A stretch of DNA of 13,394 nt from Archangium sp. (GTDB taxonomy: Bacteria; Myxococcota; Myxococcia; Myxococcales; Myxococcaceae): NCBI GenBank assembly GCA_031367385.1, contig JANLPS010000544.1, positions 1 through 13,394 of the forward strand, read 5' to 3'. Positions 6,166-13,394 of the stretch are shown here, piece after piece. The notes under the pieces were generated by a model that worked only from the letters and a program-made list of their open reading frames with translations, was not told where the DNA came from and did no database searches. Within the stretch, counting starts at the first letter, position 1. Every line of letters starts with the position of its first letter. The translations under genes were made by a program, and so were the position numbers.

Positions 6166-9100
6166 CGCAGTACGCAGAGCTGGTGTGCCGCTCGAACTAC
6201 TCATTTTTGAGCGGCGCTTCGCACCCCGAAGAGTTGGTCAACCAGGCGGCCAGTGAAGGGTTGTCGGCCATCGCGTTGACCGATGGCGACGGGTTGTATG
6301 GCTCGGTCAAGGCCCACACCGCGGCCAAGGCGCACGGGCTGCAGTTCATTCTGGGCACGATGTTGACGCTCACCGATGGCCCGAGGCTGTGCGTGTACCC
6401 CGAGAACGCCACCGGGTACGCGCACCTGTGCGAGCTGATCTCGACCAGCAGGCTTGGGCACGCGAAGGGCCTCGCCGGGCTGTCGTGGGAGCGGGTCGCC
6501 GAGCGCTCGGCTGGGCTGATTGCGTTGTTGCCTCGCACCGGGTCGTCAGGGCCGGGCACCAAGCTGTTCGAATTGGCTGAGGCGTTTCGTGGGCGCTTCT
6601 ACGTCGGAGTCAGCCGCAGCCTGGCCCCCGACGATGAGCGGCGGGTACACGAGGCGATCGCGCTCGCCCAGGCGCTCGAGGCCCCGCTGGTGGCGCACAA
6701 CGACGTGCATACGCACCACCGCGACCGACAGCCCTTGCAAGACGTGATGACCGCGATTCGGCACTCCACCACCGTGGCGCATGCGGGCACCCTGCTCTTT
6801 CCCAACGCTGAGCGCACGGTGAAGGGGCCCCTCGAGATGGCGCACTTGTTCTCTGACATGCCCGAGGTGGTCGGCCGCACGATGGAGATCGCCTCGGCCT
6901 GCCAGTTCAGCTTCGACCACATTCAATACGACTTCAGCGAAGAGCATTTGCCGCCGGGCATGAACACCTCGCAGTACCTCGCGCACCGGGTCGACGAGGG
7001 CTTGCGCAGCCGGTACCCGGGTGGCGTGCCTGACGCGGTGCTGGCGCAAATTCGCAAAGAGCTCGAGCTGATCGATGCGCTCGACTACCCCGGCTACTTC
7101 CTCGCGATGTGGGACATCGTTCGCTTCGCTCGCTCGAAGGGCATCTTGTGCCAGGGGCGAGGGAGCGCGGCCAACTCGGCGGTGTGCTTCGCGTTGCACA
7201 TCACCTCGATCGACCCGGTGCGCATGGGGCTGTTGTTCGAGCGCTTTTTGTCGATGGAGCGTCGAGAGCCCCCCGATATCGACGTCGACTTCGAGCACGC
7301 CCGGCGAGAGGAGGTCATTCAATACGTGTACGAGAAGCACGGCCGGCATCGCGCGGCGATGGTGTCGGAGCACATCTGCTTTCGCGGCAAGTTGGCGGTG
7401 CGCGAGGTCGGCAAGGCACTTGGGCTGTCGTTAGACCAGGTCGATAGGTTGGCCAAGTCGCTCGACTTCGAGACCGACATCGGGCCCTACCAGCTGCATC
7501 GGGCCGGGCTGTCGCTCTCTGAGCGCTCGGTGCAACAGACCTTGTCGCTCTCGAAGCAGCTGATTGGCATGCCCCGACACCTGTCGATTCACGTGGGGGG
7601 CTTCGTGATCACCCACCGGCCGCTGGTGTCGATTGCACCGGTCGAGAACGGCGCGATGGCCGCCCGCACCGTCGTGCAATGGGACAAAGACGATCTCGCG
7701 GTGCTCAACATGCTGAAGGTCGACCTGCTCGGCCTGGGCATGCTGACGGTGATCTCGCGGTGCTTTGAGCTGATCGAGCAGACCACGGGGCTCAAGCTCA
7801 CCATGGCCAGCGTGCCCGCAGAAGACCCGGCGGTGTACGACATGCTCTGCGACGGAGACTCGATCGGCACGTTTCAAGTCGAGAGCCGGGCCCAGCAGAA
7901 CATGTTGCCCAGGCTCAAGCCGCGGCGGTTCTACGACCTGGTGATTCAAATTGCGATCATTCGGCCCGGGCCCATCGTGGGCGACATGGTGCACCCGTTT
8001 CTTCGCCGTCGAAATGGCGATGAGGAGGTCACCTACCCCTCTGAAGACGTGAAGTTCATTCTCGAGCGCACGCTGGGTATTCCTATTTTTCAAGAGCAGG
8101 CGATGAAGCTCGCGATGGTGGCCGCGGGGTTTAGCACGGGCGACGCTGACCGGTTGCGACGGGCGCTCACCAACAAGCGGGCCAACGAGCTGCTGGTGCC
8201 CTTTCGGGCGAAGTTCATCGAAGGGTGCGTCAGCCGCGGGTACGATCGCGACTTCGCGGTGCGGTGCTTCGACAGCTTTCGGGGGTTCTCGGAGTACGGT
8301 TTTCCCGAGAGTCATTCGGCGTCGTTTGCGTTGATTGCGTACGTGTCGTCGTGGCTCAAGCGGTACCACCCGGCCTCGTTTTGCGCGGCGCTGCTCGACG
8401 CCCAGCCGATGGGGTTCTACTCGCCGCACACCCTGGTCGACGACGCGAGACGGCATGGGGTCGAGGTACGGGGCGTCGATGTGAACCGCTCTGAGTGGAT
8501 CTCGCGAATGGAGGTGATTGAGCAGACCACCCCATTCGTCCTGAGGGACTCGAAGGACCCTGGCCCTCCGCCTTTCCCCCAGACGACTGAACGGGTGGCG
8601 TTGCGACTCAGCTTTGCCCTGGTGAAGGGCATACGCGAGGCCTCGGCTCGGCAATTGGTCGCGGCGCGCGACGCCGGGGGCCCGTTCACGTCGATCGCTG
8701 ACCTGGCACGAAGAACGCGGCTGCCTCGGCACGAGCTGACCCGGCTGGCGCTCGCGGGCGCGTTGAACGGCCTGAGCCACAACCGAAGAAACGCCCTGTG
8801 GGACTTGCAGGCCCTGGGCCCCTTCGACGCCGATGACTTGTTCTTCGGCCTGCCGATGGCGACTGACCGGGGCACCTTCTCCGAGATGACGGTGAATGAC
8901 CGGGTCTACACCGACTATGAGACCGTCGGCCTGTCGCTCGAGGCGCACCCCGTTGAGCTGCTGCGGAGTCAGTTGAAGAAGTTGGGGGCGTTGACTGCTG
9001 CTGACCTGCTGCGGGCCCGGCCAGGCCAACACGTGCGCGTGGGGGGGTTGGTGATCGTTCGGCAGCGGCCTCCCACGGCGAAGGGGTTCAGCTTTCTCTC

Positions 9101-9275
9101 GGTCGAAGACGAGACCGGCATCGCCAACTTCGTCATCGAGCCCAAGAACTTCGAGCGGTACCGGCAAGCCGTGACGGGTACGGCCCTGGTGGTCGGCTCA
9201 GGCCGCATCGAACGCAACGGCAAAGTGGTGAACCTGAAAATCGATCACCTCGAAGAATTGGTGCCCGATGGGTGA
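6162..9275 (+). CDS. dnaE2: Error-prone DNA polymerase III alpha subunit DnaE2 (ImuC), 1037 aa
   Basis: N-terminus MTQYAELVCRSNYSFLSGASHPEELV is typical of DnaE2 and sets the start at ATG 6162 rather than 5976. Also QGRGSAANSAVC, catalytic EPPDIDVDFEH and KVDLLGLGML, PRHLSIHVGGFV, FQVESRAQ, YGFPESHSASFA, QPMGFYSP, and OB-fold RQRPPTAKGFSFLSVEDETG. Confidence 0.97.
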   Translation: MTQYAELVCRSNYSFLSGASHPEELVNQAASEGLSAIALTDGDGLYGSVKAHTAAKAHGLQFILGTMLTLTDGPRLCVYPENATGYAHLCELISTSRLGHAKGLAGLSWERVAERSAGLIALLPRTGSSGPGTKLFELAEAFRGRFYVGVSRSLAPDDERRVHEAIALAQALEAPLVAHNDVHTHHRDRQPLQDVMTAIRHSTTVAHAGTLLFPNAERTVKGPLEMAHLFSDMPEVVGRTMEIASACQFSFDHIQYDFSEEHLPPGMNTSQYLAHRVDEGLRSRYPGGVPDAVLAQIRKELELIDALDYPGYFLAMWDIVRFARSKGILCQGRGSAANSAVCFALHITSIDPVRMGLLFERFLSMERREPPDIDVDFEHARREEVIQYVYEKHGRHRAAMVSEHICFRGKLAVREVGKALGLSLDQVDRLAKSLDFETDIGPYQLHRAGLSLSERSVQQTLSLSKQLIGMPRHLSIHVGGFVITHRPLVSIAPVENGAMAARTVVQWDKDDLAVLNMLKVDLLGLGMLTVISRCFELIEQTTGLKLTMASVPAEDPAVYDMLCDGDSIGTFQVESRAQQNMLPRLKPRRFYDLVIQIAIIRPGPIVGDMVHPFLRRRNGDEEVTYPSEDVKFILERTLGIPIFQEQAMKLAMVAAGFSTGDADRLRRALTNKRANELLVPFRAKFIEGCVSRGYDRDFAVRCFDSFRGFSEYGFPESHSASFALIAYVSSWLKRYHPASFCAALLDAQPMGFYSPHTLVDDARRHGVEVRGVDVNRSEWISRMEVIEQTTPFVLRDSKDPGPPPFPQTTERVALRLSFALVKGIREASARQLVAARDAGGPFTSIADLARRTRLPRHELTRLALAGALNGLSHNRRNALWDLQALGPFDADDLFFGLPMATDRGTFSEMTVNDRVYTDYETVGLSLEAHPVELLRSQLKKLGALTAADLLRARPGQHVRVGGLVIVRQRPPTAKGFSFLSVEDETGIANFVIEPKNFERYRQAVTGTALVVGSGRIERNGKVVNLKIDHLEELVPDG

Positions 9276-9328
9276 GCGCTCAAGGGGGAAGGACTGGAAA
9301 CCCTGAACCGAGAGAAAGCCCGAGGCTC

Positions 9329-9353
9329 TCATGGTGAGCCTGTCGAACCACGA
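9329..9353. repeat. REP-like short palindromic element (TCATGGTGAGCCTGTCGAACCACGA) overlapping the AKR-fusion stop codon
   Basis: Arms TCATGGT (9329-9335) and ACCACGA (9347-9353) pair with one mismatch around GAGCCTGTCGA. It resembles, from memory, the widespread TGAGCCTGTCGAA/TTCGACAGGCTCA extragenic palindrome family. Only one copy is in the window. Confidence 0.6.
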
Positions 9354-10993
9354 AACTGAGCTCCAACAACCCGGGCCAGCGTCACATGGTTCGCCGTCGA
9401 GCCGAGCAGCTCACTCCGTGTCAGGTCAACCTGCGCGCGGCGCGCGAACTCGAGCAACAGCCCGGGCAACGGCGGGCGACACCAGCAGCTCGGAGGGCCC
9501 GCGTCGTGAGTACACACCGCAAGCTCTGCTCCCAACGAGGCCGCTTGAGCCTTCAGCGCCGCAACCTCGCTCTCCGGCACGCCTCGCTTCCACCCGAACA
9601 CCAACGTCGGGCGCGGGTCAGCGGTCAGCGAGCCCAATTGCTCGAGCGCCACCAGCCGGCCCGCGACTCCCGTCGCCGCCCGCCGAGTAAACGGCACCGT
9701 GTCGAGCCAGGCGAAGCCCTCATCAACGACAGGCACCTCGAGCTCCTTGAGCGATCTCAGCTGCGCCATCGGAGGCAGCATCGTGTTCTCCTTGCCTCTG
9801 CGCAGCTCGGCAGGGCTCAGCAGCCGCCCGTGCGCCGCCAACATGCGCTCGATCACATTGACCTGGGCATCGGCCAGCGAAGTGTCGAACCACACCCCGC
9901 GAACCTTGAGGCCATGCCGCTGCGCCACCGCGAGCACCGGGGCCCTGCTCGCTCGAGTCAAATACGTGTTGTCGAGCACCACCCGAGTCACTCCCTGGGC
10001 CAACTGCGCCTCGAGCCGCCGCACCAGGTCGCGCAACGTGCCTCCCGACGTGTCTCGGTTCAGGCGAACGAAGCCACGGCCTTCCCACTCGGCGACCTGC
10101 GACGTCTTGCCCGCGCCCTGCAGGCCCATCAACATCACGACTTCACCGTCACGCTCGGCGACTGCACCCGCCCGGCGCACCGCCCTCAGCGCGGGGAACT
10201 CCGGCCGCAACAGCTCGAGCTCCTCGGCGCTCAGGTCCGGCACCTGCGACAACGTTCTCGCCACCTCGGCCCGCCGCACCCCGGGTATCACCACGATGTT
10301 CGCAGCCACCGCGAGCACTCCGCCCAGCGCGACTGAGGCGGCGGAGACCCCTCGACGGCCAGCCACCTCGCTCAGCACCGGCGTGCGCAACAACCTCGCC
10401 ACCCGCTTCGGCCCACCCAGCGGCGAATGGGCCATCACGGTCACTCCGCGCTCGAGGCACCGGGCGACGACGCCCGAGTACAGCGGCTCGTCATCGAGCA
10501 ACGACAACCCCACCTGCACGACCGAAATCGGAGCCACCGCCAGCGCCTCATCGAGCCGCGCCAGGTTCACGTTGCACACGCCAATCGCCCGCACCACCCC
10601 CTCATCGAGCAACCCACCCAGCGCACGAACGCTGGTCGCCCACGAGGTCGCTGGGTCAGGCGAATGCAGCAGAAACACGTCAATCGGCCGACCCAAGGCG
10701 ATGGCCGCGTCGAGAGCGTCTCGGCGAATGCGTGACGCCCGGCCATCGGGCTCCCAGGCGCCCGCAGGTCTCGACATGCCGCCTTTCGTGACGATGAACG
10801 CCTCACGGCCCGCCAACGCGCGCCCCAGCAGCCGCTCATTGTGGCCAAGCTCACCCTCATCGAGGGCATACGCATGCGCGGTGTCGAACCACCGAACCCC
10901 CGCATCATGTGCCGCCTGAATCGTCGCGACCGCCCCAGCCTCGTCACGGCCAGCCGTGGTCGACAGCCGCATACAGCCAAGCCCTATGCGCAC
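9329..10993 (-). CDS. Aldo/keto reductase fused to a P-loop kinase (AAA_33/polynucleotide-kinase-like) and a degenerate HAD-IIIA (GmhB/HisB/PNKP-like) domain, 554 aa
   Basis: AKR: RIGLGCMRLS, FDTAHAY (catalytic D, Y), IVTKGG (K), DVFLLHSPD (H), GVVRAIGVCN, HSPLGG, VVIPG. Kinase: VVMLMGLQGAGKT (10103-10126), RLNRD, VVLDNTYLTRASRA. HAD-like: VCTHDAGPPSCWCRPPLPGLL..VDLTRSELLG (core 9461-9514). The GTG start directly abuts the upstream TAA. Confidence 0.9.
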   Translation of the reverse strand: MRIGLGCMRLSTTAGRDEAGAVATIQAAHDAGVRWFDTAHAYALDEGELGHNERLLGRALAGREAFIVTKGGMSRPAGAWEPDGRASRIRRDALDAAIALGRPIDVFLLHSPDPATSWATSVRALGGLLDEGVVRAIGVCNVNLARLDEALAVAPISVVQVGLSLLDDEPLYSGVVARCLERGVTVMAHSPLGGPKRVARLLRTPVLSEVAGRRGVSAASVALGGVLAVAANIVVIPGVRRAEVARTLSQVPDLSAEELELLRPEFPALRAVRRAGAVAERDGEVVMLMGLQGAGKTSQVAEWEGRGFVRLNRDTSGGTLRDLVRRLEAQLAQGVTRVVLDNTYLTRASRAPVLAVAQRHGLKVRGVWFDTSLADAQVNVIERMLAAHGRLLSPAELRRGKENTMLPPMAQLRSLKELEVPVVDEGFAWLDTVPFTRRAATGVAGRLVALEQLGSLTADPRPTLVFGWKRGVPESEVAALKAQAASLGAELAVCTHDAGPPSCWCRPPLPGLLLEFARRAQVDLTRSELLGSTANHVTLARVVGAQFRGSTGSP

Positions 10994-12970
10994 TTACAAC
11001 CCGTTCGACATGAACACCGTGTACGTCGTGCAAGTGGGCGCTCCACCGCTGACCAGCCGCTTCACCTTGATCACGTAGTCAGCACCGTCTTCTTTCACCA
11101 ACGTGCCGTCGCGCTCGTAGTACCGCCCCGGAGGGCAGTCTTCATTGTCGAAGAAGCACTCGCTGCTGTGGTCAGCCGTGTCATGCCGGTACACGCACAT
11201 GCCGATCGAAGGGTCGGTCGACTCGAGGCGAATCTTCACGTTGTACTCTTCGTTGAAGAAGCCTGACGAGTCCTCTCCAAAGAAGCGAATCATGTCGACG
11301 TCGTTGCTCGTCGCGAGGAGCCCGGTGAACGAGCGTTGAACGTTGTCTTTGTCTCGAAGCGTACCCATGTCGGTCGCGTCAGAGCAGAACTCCCCTGGGT
11401 CGGCGGCGAGGTCGTGGCATTCGCACCCGTCAGCGGCGAGCCCATCGGTGTCGTACCAGCCCGGGTCGCACTTCTCGATCGAGCACACGCCGCCGTTGCA
11501 GGCAGGAGACCCGTTGGTAATCGGGCACCCCTCGGCGCAGCTCCCGACCCGCACTGTCACCGGCACCTCAGCGAACGAATTGGCCAGGTCATCGGTCTCG
11601 ACCGACACCGAGCCGTTGAACGTCGCCGCGGTCTCGGCCCGAAATTGCACCTCGAGCGCGACCCGTTGATCTCGCTTCAAGTGCAGCGGCAGCGCCGGCA
11701 AATTCACGAGTGAATACAACGAGCTCGACCCAGCCACGAAGGTGATGTTCTTCAGGGTCAGCGAACCGAACCCGGTGTTGCGCAGCTCGAGCGCGCGAGT
11801 CACCACCCACCCCTGCGGCACCGTGCCGAAGTCGATCTTCGAAGGCGAGACCAGCACCTTGGGCTCAGTGACCGTGCCCTTGAGCGACACCACGCTCAAC
11901 GGAGCCGCCTGATCATTGCTCGTCAGCGCCAGCTGCCCATCGAGCTCACCGGGCGTCGCGCCGTTCAGCTCGAGCGTCACCAGTTCTCGGCCAAGCGGGC
12001 CGACCACCAGCGAAGCGCCTCCATCGAGCGGCAGCTCACCACCATCGGCCGCCCACAAGTGAATCGCTCCAAGCGAATCGGTCAAATCGAGCCGGGTCAC
12101 GACCAGATCAGAGCCACCCTGGTTGACGACCTCGATCGGCAAGCGCCGAGAATGCCCTTTGGGCACCTCTCCGAAGTCGAGGCTGTTGGTCGGCTCAACC
12201 GCTATGCGCGGATAGTAAAGGCTCGTGCCCTCGACCAGCACCCGGCCCGATGGCACGCCCGGCGTCGACACCGTCACCTCGAGCTCGGTGTGCAGATACT
12301 CCGGAGTCTTCGGAGACCAGGTCATCGGGACCACGATGCCCGAATCGGCGATCATCGAGCGCTGCTCTGGCAAGGCCACCGTGATGCCCGTTGACCCCGC
12401 GTCGAGCGCGCTGACATCGAGCGCCACGTTGCCGAAGCCGCCATTGAACACCCTCAGCTCGAGCTTCTTGCTCTTGCCCGTCGGCACCACGCCGTAGTGC
12501 AAAGCGGTGGGCGCAATGACCAGCTCAGGCTCTCCAACCAACCGTCGCACCAGCGGTATCGGCAGCGACCCCGGCGGCAACCGGGTCGGGCTCTCATCAG
12601 GCGACGCATCGGTGTAGTCAGCGGCGACTACCACCGAGCCCGGCGCAGGGGCCCCTGTCGGCGAATACCGAATCGTGACCTCGAAGCTCGCCCCCGACCC
12701 GACGATGAACGGCGGCGTCTCGCTCGAAGTGAATGAAAAATCAGCCGCGGCAGGGCCCGACAACAAGAGCCGCTTCACCGCGACCCGGCGATCTCCGCTC
12801 ACGGTGACGCGAACCACCTTGGTCTCATCGCAGCCTAAGTTCACGCAGGTGAACGCCACCTGCGCCGGCTCGGCATACAACCCTGGTGGCCGCGTCGGCC
12901 CGGTCGGCGTCTTCTTCACGCCGCACGACGCCAGCAGCACACTCATCACACACAGCAAGAGCACTCTCAT
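10994..12970 (-). CDS. Lipoprotein with four ASH/choice-of-anchor-D type Ig-like repeats, a Cys-rich module and a C-terminal beta domain (658 aa)
   Basis: Signal MRVLLLCVMSVLLASC (lipobox LASC). Repeats of the form P..l.FG.V..G......l.l.N.G...L: EPAQVAF, APTALHYGVVPTG..FNGG, EPTNSLDFGEVPKG..VNQGGSDL, SPSKIDFGTVPQG..RNTGFGSL. Cys-rich CAEGCPITNGSPACNGGVCSIEKCDPGWYDTDGLAADGCEC follows. Confidence 0.87.
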   Translation of the reverse strand: MRVLLLCVMSVLLASCGVKKTPTGPTRPPGLYAEPAQVAFTCVNLGCDETKVVRVTVSGDRRVAVKRLLLSGPAAADFSFTSSETPPFIVGSGASFEVTIRYSPTGAPAPGSVVVAADYTDASPDESPTRLPPGSLPIPLVRRLVGEPELVIAPTALHYGVVPTGKSKKLELRVFNGGFGNVALDVSALDAGSTGITVALPEQRSMIADSGIVVPMTWSPKTPEYLHTELEVTVSTPGVPSGRVLVEGTSLYYPRIAVEPTNSLDFGEVPKGHSRRLPIEVVNQGGSDLVVTRLDLTDSLGAIHLWAADGGELPLDGGASLVVGPLGRELVTLELNGATPGELDGQLALTSNDQAAPLSVVSLKGTVTEPKVLVSPSKIDFGTVPQGWVVTRALELRNTGFGSLTLKNITFVAGSSSLYSLVNLPALPLHLKRDQRVALEVQFRAETAATFNGSVSVETDDLANSFAEVPVTVRVGSCAEGCPITNGSPACNGGVCSIEKCDPGWYDTDGLAADGCECHDLAADPGEFCSDATDMGTLRDKDNVQRSFTGLLATSNDVDMIRFFGEDSSGFFNEEYNVKIRLESTDPSIGMCVYRHDTADHSSECFFDNEDCPPGRYYERDGTLVKEDGADYVIKVKRLVSGGAPTCTTYTVFMSNGL

Positions 12971-13394
12971 GGCACGCTGAACTTCCCGTTCGCGCGGACC
13001 AGGTCGAGCGCGTACACAGAGTCACCCTTCTTCGCCAAGCTCACCGTCTTCTCTTTGATGAGCTTGCCGTTCACCGAGACCTTCACCGTCGCGCTCGTGC
13101 CGTCGTGGCTCAAGCACAGCCGCTCGATGAACTTGGTGATGTCACCGGCGTTCACCGGTATCGAGCCTCCCGAGAGGTACCCGATCAACACGTCAATCGA
13201 GATGCCGAGCAGGCCCGCCAGCAGCGCGGTCGGCACCGATTTGCAGCTCTCGAGATACTGCAGCTGCACGCGGTACGTGCCGTCGGTCATCGCGTCGGCG
13301 AGCACCACGCGCTCCGGCTCCTCCTTGGGAGGAAACGCGAGCCAGGTCGGAGTGCCGTACGGCGACCAATTCAACGGCGCCGGGTGCGCCTTGT
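12967..13394 (-). CDS. C-terminal part of a probable secreted protein with a YfaP/DUF2135-like domain; 5' end outside the window
   Basis: The frame is open to the window edge (..KAHPAPLNWSPYGTP..), so the track's TTG at 13374 is probably internal. EPERVVLADAMTDGTYRVQLQY..ATVKVSVNG resembles the PE-x-I..DGTY-x-V-x-V-x-Y pattern of that family. The stop overlaps the next ATG (ATGA, 12967-12970). Confidence 0.65.
   Translation of the reverse strand, partial: KAHPAPLNWSPYGTPTWLAFPPKEEPERVVLADAMTDGTYRVQLQYLESCKSVPTALLAGLLGISIDVLIGYLSGGSIPVNAGDITKFIERLCLSHDGTSATVKVSVNGKLIKEKTVSLAKKGDSVYALDLVRANGKFSVP

Noticed and set aside
7431..9167. 578-aa antisense ORF within dnaE2, and the other long antisense or alternate-frame ORFs (e.g. 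3467-4312, 4786-5733, 4898-5851, 9386-10336, 9699-10919)
   Set aside because: These are shadow ORFs expected from high GC3. They overlap well-supported genes and have no recognisable motifs.
9302..9318. CTGAAC LexA-like half-site downstream of dnaE2
   Set aside because: The second half-site is absent, and it lies between convergent gene ends.
9310..9330. Possible terminator hairpin GAGAGAAAGCCCGAGGCTCTC between the convergent genes
   Set aside because: The stem is short and bulged with a 3-nt loop and no proper U-tract.
10966..10994. Minus-strand AGTGCGCATAG resembling the XerC arm of dif
   Set aside because: No XerD arm (TTATGTTAAAT-like) follows, and the sequence is the AKR start region.
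1..13394. CRISPR array, tRNA/rRNA, transposase, integrase or prophage genes
   Set aside because: None seen. The window is almost fully coding with no regularly spaced repeats.

Overview
High-GC bacterial DNA, most likely a myxobacterium (Myxococcota). That is inferred from the gene content and the form of the SOS box. The centre is a LexA-controlled SOS mutagenesis cassette, imuA-imuB-dnaE2 (3435-9275, +). It is preceded by a 28-bp inverted repeat (perfect 9-bp arms) containing a Myxococcus-type LexA box. On the left are a divergent pair of envelope genes: a large lipoprotein missed by the ORF track (1-1443, -, runs off the window; CarboxypepD_reg-like x2, Big_5-like and FN3-like domains) and a secreted helical/PEGA/beta-barrel protein (1532-3187, +). 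On the right is a convergent, tightly coupled minus-strand operon: a partial YfaP/DUF2135-like gene, a lipoprotein with four ASH/choice-of-anchor-D Ig-like repeats and a Cys-rich module, and a three-domain aldo-keto reductase + P-loop (PNK-like) kinase + degenerate HAD phosphatase fusion. The best leads are (i) an unannotated 31-aa hydrophobic micro-ORF overlapping both the imuB stop and the dnaE2 start by 4 nt, (ii) the AKR-kinase-pseudophosphatase fusion facing the mutasome, and (iii) a DnaE2 lacking the SR[DN]F[RH] tail while ImuA ends in the similar ARNFK. All domain calls come from motifs read by eye; no searches were run.
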